Source of the DNA: Candidatus Peribacter riflensis
Lineage (GTDB): Bacteria > Patescibacteriota > Gracilibacteria > Peribacterales > Peribacteraceae
Assembly (NCBI GenBank): GCA_001430755.1
Contig: CP013062.1
Span: forward strand, 720,001-752,000
DNA: 32,000 nucleotides
Direction of reading: 5' to 3'
Below, in pieces: positions 15,830 through 21,998 of the stretch (within the stretch, counting starts at the first letter, position 1; every line of letters starts with the position of its first letter). A program made the translations under genes and the position numbers. The notes below the pieces were generated by a model. That model made no database searches. It was not told the DNA's origin and was given only the letters and a program-made list of their open reading frames with translations.

Positions 15830-16366
15830 CTAGGCGCCCGTCGTGTTCTTAATGACCTGATTCGCCGCAAAGGTCATGGAGAGGTACGGCTGCGCAGCCG
15901 GCGTGAATTGCGCATGCTGGTGCAGGTTCTGCTGTTGCCAGAGCCTGGTCACTTCAGAGCAGTCCATCGCCCCATCGTAGCCGTTCTCTTTGTTCTGGAC
16001 GACGCCGTTCTTGAGGAGCTTGAATGTCCAGTGCAGGTGCGGGCCGGTGGAGCTGCCGGTATTGCCGCTCAACGCGACCGGATCGCCCTGCGAGATGGGC
16101 TGCCCGTTCTTCACGGTGACCTGTGAGCAGTGGGCAAGGACGCTGCGGCGCGTGGGGCCGTCGATGACCACGTACTTGCCGTAGCCTGTCGCCCCGTCAT
16201 CCTTCACCGTTACAACACCGTCATGCGGCGCGAAGATCTTCGTGTCCTCGGGCACACCGAAATCGAACCCGTTGTGACCGAGCCAGCCGTACTGCTGGTA
16301 GATCTCTTTATTCTGACCGAAACCCTGCGTGACGGTGGGCGTACCGGGGAGCGGAGAGAAAATCAC
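15830..16366 (-). CDS. M23 (LytM-type) metallopeptidase, no signal peptide seen
   Basis: 178 aa with a GTG start. The M23 signatures HNGFDF (HxxxD) and SGNTGSSTGPHLHW (HxH) are both present. It lies immediately upstream of paralog 7. Confidence 0.85.
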   Translation of the reverse strand: MIFSPLPGTPTVTQGFGQNKEIYQQYGWLGHNGFDFGVPEDTKIFAPHDGVVTVKDDGATGYGKYVVIDGPTRRSVLAHCSQVTVKNGQPISQGDPVALSGNTGSSTGPHLHWTFKLLKNGVVQNKENGYDGAMDCSEVTRLWQQQNLHQHAQFTPAAQPYLSMTFAANQVIKNTTGA

Positions 16367-16396
16367 AGAAGCGTGCGGGAAGGAACGAACCCTACT

Positions 16397-16780
16397 TTAC
16401 CGCGAAGACGCCGATGCGCCAGTGCCGCCGATCTGAGACTGGAAGAACGCGATGATCGGCTTGTCGCCCGTGAGGCAGGTGGTACCCGTCCAGAGGAAGG
16501 GAACACCCACGCTGTCGGTGGCGTAGCCGCAGTCCTTCGCGTGCCGCGCCATCTCGCGCGCATTGGATTTGTTGTAGTACACCTCTTTACGCGTGAAGGA
16601 GATCTTCTCCTCTACGTTATTCTCCTCAACGAAGGCATCCACAATGGCGCAGTGGGGGCACCCCTGCCCGTAGTACAGCACCATCCCTGTCGTCTCGCTG
16701 CCATCCGAGGACCGTGCGAGAAAGAAGACCACGACGAGGAACACAATCACGCCGGCAAAGCCGAGGAGCATGGTGCGCAT
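16397..16780 (-). CDS. Membrane-anchored thioredoxin-fold protein (CPHC active site)
   Basis: The maximal ORF reaches 16966 (189 aa). Its first ~47-62 codons have noncoding-like third positions. Met63 (16780; MRTMLLGFAGVIVFLVVVFFLA) follows AGGAAG and gives one TM helix plus YYGQGCPHCAIVDAF. Met48 (16825) is an alternative start. Confidence 0.7.
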   Translation of the reverse strand: MRTMLLGFAGVIVFLVVVFFLARSSDGSETTGMVLYYGQGCPHCAIVDAFVEENNVEEKISFTRKEVYYNKSNAREMARHAKDCGYATDSVGVPFLWTGTTCLTGDKPIIAFFQSQIGGTGASASSR

Positions 16781-16975
16781 CCCGCTCTTCCTGCCGTTTT
16801 CCTGTGACCAGTGGAGTGATGACATAGCCCACACAGGGTAGCGAGAAATACGCACTTGTCTACTGCGAAGACCATCTTCGTGGAAGCATCGGTTGGTAGC
16901 AACCATGCAGGAAAGGCTCACAGAGCGCAAATACTGACATAAGATGCCAGAGGTCAGGAAGGTCATACCCCCTCC

Positions 16976-17971
16976 TCAGGTAGAGGATACTGCCCCGGCA
17001 AGAACCGCGTTGAACAAGTAACCGGTGAAGAGGATCCCCATCCCCACGACGAACGCGAATGTCAGGATGAGCCTCGTTTTCATCACGCGGCGGAGGATGA
17101 GAAATTCCGGCAGCGACAGACCCGTGACCGCCATCATGAATGCGAGGGACGTTCCGGCCGCCACCCCCTTCTCCGCAAGCACCGCCACGAGCGGCATGAT
17201 GCCCGCCGCATTGGCATAGAGAGGGATGCCGAGCAGCACCGCGAAGGGAACGGCGTACCAGCGATCGGCTCCCGCATAGGCAGCGAGGAAATCTGCGGGA
17301 ATGTACCCGTGCATCCACGCGCCGACTCCCACCCCCAGCAGCACGATCCACCACACGCGCTTCAGGATCATCCGCGTGTAGCGCTGTGCGAACGCGAGGC
17401 GCTCCGGCCACGTCTCCGGCCGTTTTCTGGCACTGTTCTGTGGGCCCTCCCCTCCCCGATCCACCAGGTGCTCGAGCTTCAGCGCTCCCAGGATCATGCC
17501 GGCGACGATCGCAATGGTGAGTCCGCTCACCATATAGAGGAGCGCGATTTTGAGCCCGAATGTCGCGAAGAGGAGCGCGAAGGCCACCTCATTCACCATC
17601 GGCGACGCGATGAGGAAAGTGAAGGTCACTCCGAGCGGCACTCCGGCCTCCAGAAACCCAAGGAAGAGTGGAATGGCGCTGCAGGTGCAGAAAGGCGTGA
17701 CGACGCCGATACCGCCCGCCATCACGTGCCCCGCCAGGCGCCCGCGGCGCGAAAGGAGGGAGCGGATCCGCTCCGGCGGGATGAAGGTGCGGATGACCGT
17801 GACAACATAGATGATGACGATGAGCAGCAGAAAGATCTTGAGCGTGTCTTCGATGAAGAAATGGATTGCCTCGGCCAGATGCGACTCTGGGCGAAGCGAG
17901 AGCACACCATACGTCATGGCATCGGCGAAAACGGCAAGAGGGCGAAAGAGATTCATGATCGGTGAATGCAT
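16976..17971 (-). CDS. COG0701 / ArsP-type (PF03773-like) permease
   Basis: 331 aa and polytopic. The motif VVTPFCTCSAIPLF is characteristic of this permease family, whose members are commonly paired with a small thioredoxin-fold protein. Confidence 0.8.
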   Translation of the reverse strand: MHSPIMNLFRPLAVFADAMTYGVLSLRPESHLAEAIHFFIEDTLKIFLLLIVIIYVVTVIRTFIPPERIRSLLSRRGRLAGHVMAGGIGVVTPFCTCSAIPLFLGFLEAGVPLGVTFTFLIASPMVNEVAFALLFATFGLKIALLYMVSGLTIAIVAGMILGALKLEHLVDRGGEGPQNSARKRPETWPERLAFAQRYTRMILKRVWWIVLLGVGVGAWMHGYIPADFLAAYAGADRWYAVPFAVLLGIPLYANAAGIMPLVAVLAEKGVAAGTSLAFMMAVTGLSLPEFLILRRVMKTRLILTFAFVVGMGILFTGYLFNAVLAGAVSST

Positions 17972-18094
17972 GCATTCTACTCCAACTGCGTTCTCTCCTG
18001 ATCTTTTTTCTCAGAAGAAATGGCTTGCCGCCGATGAAACGGCCTGCAATCCGGTCTCTGGTCAAAATGCCTTCTGTGTGCTACAATAACTAGA

Positions 18095-19003
18095 TTGTCT
18101 CATAGACACATCACCCACCGGCTCGACCTCTTCTGTGCAGTGCTCAGTGCGGTTCTGCTGCCCGCCGCCACCGCATGTGCGCAGTCCTTCACCCTGGATT
18201 TCGACAGCCTGCAGGCAGGCGCCGCAGAGCAGAGAAGCGACGCGTATATTCTGGAAGGCGGATTGGTCTCTCTGCAGGCTGCAGGTGAAGCGGAACATCG
18301 TCAGACACAACCAGTGGGAGCGGTGTCCTTCTGCGGGAACAACGTGCAAGAGAACGGAGAGGAGTGTGACGGAACGGACCGTGCGGGAGTGACCTGTGCG
18401 TCTCTCGGATTCACCCAGGGAGACGTGCTGTGCACCGTGACCTGCACTCTCGAGAGCAGTGCCTGCACCAACAACGAAGCGGGCACGACCGCGACTGCAG
18501 GAAATTCAGCACTAGGGAAGACCGGCGGAGGAGGTCGCGGGAGGAATGCGCCTGCCGCCGCTCCATCCGCTGTACAGGCCGCTCCAGCATCTCCAACACC
18601 TGCTCCCTCTCCGGAAACACCCTCCAGGCATGCCTCCCCGGTAGCACTGGTCGCCGAGACGGCCCCCACAATGGCCGCGCTCCCCCCCTCCATCGAAACT
18701 GCGGAAGGGTTTCTCGCTGCGACAGTGCCGGATACGGCCGTCCTGCCTCTGGCTCCCTCTCAAAAGCAGGCTGCTGCTCTGGTATTTCCGGAACAACGCA
18801 ATCCGGCGGAGCCAGCGCCAGAACCTGACCCACCAATGCTCTCCCGCCTCACAGCATCACTCTTGTCCTGGAAACTGCCCGGCGTGACGTATGCGTGGGG
18901 AGGCCTCATCTTCGCCGGAATCGTATCCATGCTCTTCTTCTTCCCGGCACCCAAAACCGCAAAGGGAAAAGCTCGACGCACATCTTCACGCCGCCACTCA
19001 TGA
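18095..19003 (+). CDS. Secreted protein with one Cys-rich (DUF4215-like) motif, a Pro/Ala-rich spacer and a C-terminal TM anchor
   Basis: 302 aa with a TTG start. The signal peptide is HRLDLFCAVLSAVLLPAATACA-QS. The Cys-rich motif is CGNNVQENGEECDG...C. The C-terminus is GGLIFAGIVSMLFFF followed by the basic tail KTAKGKARRTSSRRHS. Confidence 0.75.
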   Translation: MSHRHITHRLDLFCAVLSAVLLPAATACAQSFTLDFDSLQAGAAEQRSDAYILEGGLVSLQAAGEAEHRQTQPVGAVSFCGNNVQENGEECDGTDRAGVTCASLGFTQGDVLCTVTCTLESSACTNNEAGTTATAGNSALGKTGGGGRGRNAPAAAPSAVQAAPASPTPAPSPETPSRHASPVALVAETAPTMAALPPSIETAEGFLAATVPDTAVLPLAPSQKQAAALVFPEQRNPAEPAPEPDPPMLSRLTASLLSWKLPGVTYAWGGLIFAGIVSMLFFFPAPKTAKGKARRTSSRRHS

Positions 19004-20331
19004 TGCCGAAAAGAATCTGCTCACTGGCCGTCTGCGCCGCGCTCCTCTTTGGCGCATCTCCCGCCTCTGCCGAAACGGCACCGGGCAATCTGCTCTACGA
19101 GGGACGGATATTGGATAGTGCACGGAATCCCGTCACCACCGCGATCGTGCTGCGCTTTTCCCTCTGGCAAACGGAGGACTGGGTTTCCGGCGACACATCG
19201 AGCGGTTCCATCAACACGGGCTCCGCGACCTACGGCGGGTGGTTCGAAGCACAGACCGTCACGCCGAATAGCAATGGAATCGTATCGGTGCGCGTGGGGA
19301 GCGACACGGCCCTGCCTGCCATGAATGCCGCGCAGCACACCTACTTCCAAGTGGAAGTGAAAGCCTCCGGCCAACCCGATACGAGTTACGAGCTCCTCGA
19401 TCCCACGGGGGATGCGGGCGCGGATACCGTCGATCGCAGACTGATCGGATCGGTGGCCTACGCCAAGAATGCCGAGAGCATCGGCGGCCGCACAGCGGGA
19501 ACGTCATCCGGCTCCCTGCTCCTGCTGGGTTCCGGCGGGCAGGTGGGCATCGCTCAGATGGCAAGCGGAACGAATGCAATGGCATTCACCGTCAACGCAG
19601 CGAATGCCGAAGGAGATGCAGTGCTGACATTCGGAAACGCGCTGCTCCCGGAAATGCTCCGGTTCTCAACCGCCGCGCAGCGGTTTGAATTTTCGGATGA
19701 CGTCTATGTTGCAGGGGCACTCGACGTCGCAGGAACGATGTCAGGACAAGCGCTCCAGGTGAACGGTGCGATGACGGGCAGCAGCCTCTACGTCGCGCAA
19801 AATTTCTCCGGAGCCGGCTTGGCCGATTGCACCGCAACAGGCAGCAAGCTGCTCTGGGATGCCGCCACACAGCGCTTCTCCTGCGGCACAGATCAGAATG
19901 CCAACAGTCTGCCCGATACAGCCACATTCCTCGACACGACCACGGAGTCGCTGACGACGAGTGACGTGGACCTGTGGGACGGCCCCTATCCAAACATCAC
20001 CGTGGATGCCGCAACGAACACGGTGCTGGTGAACGTGATGATTCGACTCGATGCGGATGGAGGCGATACCGAAACCGATGCGTTCTTCATCACACGAGAA
20101 ACGGATGGAACGGACCCCACATGCACCGATACGCAAGTGGGAGAGATGTTCCATGCCAGTATGACCACGAACAGCAACCAATTCACCACGGCGCACGCAA
20201 CGTTCGTCGATAGCCCCGGCGTGGCCGGAGAGGTGCGGTACACCGTCTGTTCCGATGCAGAGACCACCATCGGTACCGACAGTAACGATACGCTCTCGGT
20301 ACGCTTCAACTTCATCGAGCTGGGACTCTGA
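19000..20331 (+). CDS. Secreted protein of unknown function
   Basis: The maximal ORF starts at 18895, inside the upstream gene. The ATG at 19000 (MMPKRICSLAVCAALLFGASPASA-ETAPG) gives a clean signal peptide and an ATGA start/stop overlap with the upstream gene. Confidence 0.75.
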   Translation: MMPKRICSLAVCAALLFGASPASAETAPGNLLYEGRILDSARNPVTTAIVLRFSLWQTEDWVSGDTSSGSINTGSATYGGWFEAQTVTPNSNGIVSVRVGSDTALPAMNAAQHTYFQVEVKASGQPDTSYELLDPTGDAGADTVDRRLIGSVAYAKNAESIGGRTAGTSSGSLLLLGSGGQVGIAQMASGTNAMAFTVNAANAEGDAVLTFGNALLPEMLRFSTAAQRFEFSDDVYVAGALDVAGTMSGQALQVNGAMTGSSLYVAQNFSGAGLADCTATGSKLLWDAATQRFSCGTDQNANSLPDTATFLDTTTESLTTSDVDLWDGPYPNITVDAATNTVLVNVMIRLDADGGDTETDAFFITRETDGTDPTCTDTQVGEMFHASMTTNSNQFTTAHATFVDSPGVAGEVRYTVCSDAETTIGTDSNDTLSVRFNFIELGL

Positions 20332-20366
20332 GGAGCATTCAGCGCTTCTGGAGGAATAGTGACAAT

Positions 20367-20395
20367 TTGTGATAATTGTTCTTTTAATATATAAT
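20367..20395 (+). promoter_or_regulatory. Sigma70-like promoter upstream of the SMR gene
   Basis: TTGTGA (20367-20372), a 17-nt spacer, then a perfect TATAAT (20390-20395). The -35 is overlapped by the inverted repeat acaatt-N6-aattgt (20362-20379). It is followed by the 10-bp palindrome ggcaattgcc (20404-20413). Confidence 0.55.
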
Positions 20396-20470
20396 AGTGT
20401 TATGGCAATTGCCCTGAGAACTGCGCATTCCCTCAGTACGAAACACCTCAAACTCATACCCAAACAGCGC

Positions 20471-20785
20471 ATGATTTACCTCCTCGTGCTCGGCATCCTC
20501 ATCTCTGAAACGATCGCCCTGAGTTTCCTCAAAGAGTACTCGATGCATCCGAATGTGCTGTATTACGCCCTCGGACTCCTCTTCTACGTCTTCGTGACAT
20601 TGTTCCTCGTGAAGTCGTTCCAGTACGAAGGAGTGGGCGTGGTGAACGTGCTGTGGTCCGCCTTCTCCATCATGTTCGTCGTCGCTGCGGGCATCGTCGT
20701 CTTCAAAGAAAAAATCCATGCGCTGGAATTGCTCGGCGTCGTCATGGTCCTCGGCGGCGTGTCGCTGATACGGATATTTGAGTGA
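20471..20785 (+). CDS. Small multidrug resistance (SMR/EmrE-like) family transporter
   Basis: 104 aa from the ATG at 20471 (MIYLLVLGILISETIALSFLK). This has the conserved TM1 glutamate and four hydrophobic segments, with typical SMR length. The maximal ORF starts at GTG 20369, inside the promoter. The ATG at 20402 is an alternative start. Confidence 0.8.
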   Translation: MIYLLVLGILISETIALSFLKEYSMHPNVLYYALGLLFYVFVTLFLVKSFQYEGVGVVNVLWSAFSIMFVVAAGIVVFKEKIHALELLGVVMVLGGVSLIRIFE

Positions 20786-20818
20786 CGACAGCCGAAAAGA
20801 AACTGAGCGGTTACTTCA

Positions 20819-20847
20819 TTGAATCAGTACCGTGGTCTCGGTACCAT
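20819..20847 (+). promoter_or_regulatory. Candidate tRNA-Val promoter
   Basis: TTGAAT (20819-20824), a 17-nt spacer, then TACCAT (20842-20847), 13 nt before the mature tRNA 5' end. The same elements recur in inverted orientation at 21966-21995. Confidence 0.45.
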
Positions 20848-20860
20848 GAGCTGCGTCTTT

Positions 20861-20937
20861 GGACGATTAGCTCAGCTGGTTAGAGCGTGCGGTTCACATC
20901 CGCAAGGTCACTGGTTCGAATCCAGTATCGTCCACCA
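20861..20937 (+). tRNA. tRNA-Val(CAC): tRNA-Val (anticodon CAC), CCA encoded
   Basis: Hand-folded cloverleaf. Acceptor GGACGAT/ATCGTCC has 7 perfect pairs. D stem is GCTC/GAGC. Anticodon stem TGCGG/CCGCA carries loop TTCACAT. The variable loop is AGGTC. T stem ACTGG/CCAGT carries loop TTCGAAT. Discriminator A is followed by CCA. Confidence 0.95.
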
Positions 20938-21063
20938 TCCCTCCTCTGCTCGGCATCTAATCGGATTGTCTCGCCTCCCATTCACCTGTCCCGAAGACCG
21001 GTGCTATCTGGATAGGGTATGTAGCGAAAAAGCACCTGATCCACATGATGATTTCCTACGTTG

Positions 21064-21855
21064 TCAGAGAAATTTACTCAGTAGCTCACCGATCTGCCGT
21101 ACCAATTCCACGCCTCCTCCTATCGTCACGGCTTTCTCCAGTGTTCCGTAAGCTGCACTGATGATTTTTTTACTCGGACTTTGTTTGGATAGTTGGGTTT
21201 GGATTGTCGCTACATCAGCTTCAATATCCTTCTTTTTCTCTACGGGCAGATCAGAGGCATTCACCAACTTCAATAGTGATTCGAGTGCAGTAGAAACCTC
21301 AACATATGCTTCCTGCACAACAATATTGTGACTACCAACAACCACGTTCCTGCCCTGAATATTGATTACCGTTCTAGCTTCAAGTTGAGCAGGGGGCTGA
21401 GCGGCACGTTCTTCATCTGCAAGAAGCTGACTCTGTCTTACAAGTAGCGGATATGGCTCTACTCGCTGAAGAAAGCCCCATCCCATGATCTCATCAACTT
21501 TCGCTATGTATGCATCTATATGCTCTTGAGATGCTGAGGATTCTCCCGCATTCAATGCTGCCTGTTTTTCTAGCTCATACTTACGCTTGTAAATAGGCAA
21601 CAGCGCTTTCAGGAGACGGCATGATGCATCGCTAATATCGAATTCCGTAGTCATCCAGTCTTGGAAATCGCGCATGCCATGCCTCCGATTGAACTCGTTC
21701 ATAATGCTTCTATGTGCGCCTGATACGACAGAGAGTTCTTTCTCGATAGTGGCATTGCCTTTACGGTTTCTTTCGGCCAAGTAGGACTTATAGAGACCTA
21801 AAGCATCCCTGCAATAGCAGAGACTGTGGCCGCTAATTTCGATTGCTGGAGACAT
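21064..21855 (-). CDS. Orphan hypothetical protein (visibly lower GC than neighbours)
   Basis: 263-aa ORF with an ATG start (MSPAIEISGH...). I recognise no motif. It is mostly helical/charged with a central INIQGRNVVVGSHNIVVQ segment. It lies between the tRNA-Val and an inverted copy of the tRNA promoter plus 5' fragment. Confidence 0.7.
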   Translation of the reverse strand: MSPAIEISGHSLCYCRDALGLYKSYLAERNRKGNATIEKELSVVSGAHRSIMNEFNRRHGMRDFQDWMTTEFDISDASCRLLKALLPIYKRKYELEKQAALNAGESSASQEHIDAYIAKVDEIMGWGFLQRVEPYPLLVRQSQLLADEERAAQPPAQLEARTVINIQGRNVVVGSHNIVVQEAYVEVSTALESLLKLVNASDLPVEKKKDIEADVATIQTQLSKQSPSKKIISAAYGTLEKAVTIGGGVELVRQIGELLSKFL

Positions 21856-21892
21856 ATCAGTCTACAATAGACTTTACCTTGCCTTGGAAATC

Positions 21893-21995
21893 CTCTAACC
21901 AGCTGCCTGCCCGCCGAAGTCCCGCAGATGCGGGACGTAGGCGGGAGCTAATCGTCCAACGTCGCCATGGTACCAAAGCGGAGCAGATCTTCAAT
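21893..21995 (-). other. Inverted partial duplicate of the tRNA-Val promoter and first ~25 nt of the tRNA, interrupted by a 40-nt GC-rich hairpin
   Basis: The minus strand reads ATTGAA..GGTACCATG..TTGGACGATTAGCTC[40-nt insert]AGCTGGTTAGAG. This is collinear with plus-strand 20818-20885 (ATTGAA..GGTACCATG..TTGGACGATTAGCTC AGCTGGTTAGAG). No anticodon or T arm follows, so it is not a functional tRNA. Confidence 0.75.
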
Positions 21996-21998
21996 CAA

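Noticed and set aside
1818-15870. Diversity-generating retroelement or other templated hypermutation acting on the paralog array
   Set aside because: No reverse transcriptase ORF and no template/variable repeat pair with adenine-specific differences is visible in the window. Divergence between copies is spread over whole cores rather than confined to a short variable region.
16860-18065. ORFs 16860..17411 (-), 17309..17965 (+) and 17589..18065 (-) overlapping the permease gene
   Set aside because: These are alternative-frame or antisense ORFs of a GC-rich membrane-protein gene. Only the 16976..17971 frame gives hydrophobic TM segments and the PFCTCSAIP permease motif.
18895-18999. N-terminal 35-residue extension of the 478-aa ORF (start at 18895)
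   Set aside because: It overlaps the C-terminal TM/basic tail coding region of the upstream gene in another frame. The Met at 19000 gives a canonical signal peptide and ATGA coupling.
20819-21151. 110-aa plus-strand ORF covering the tRNA-Val gene
   Set aside because: It reads straight through a perfectly folding tRNA and has no coding signal of its own.
21893-21957. Possibility that the minus-strand tRNA-like sequence is a second tRNA gene with a D-loop intron
   Set aside because: After AGCTGGTTAGAG the sequence has a mismatched D stem and an anticodon-like loop lacking U33. There is no T arm (no GTTCGAATC-like sequence) and no acceptor 3' strand. It runs directly into the orphan ORF, so it is a fragment and not a gene.
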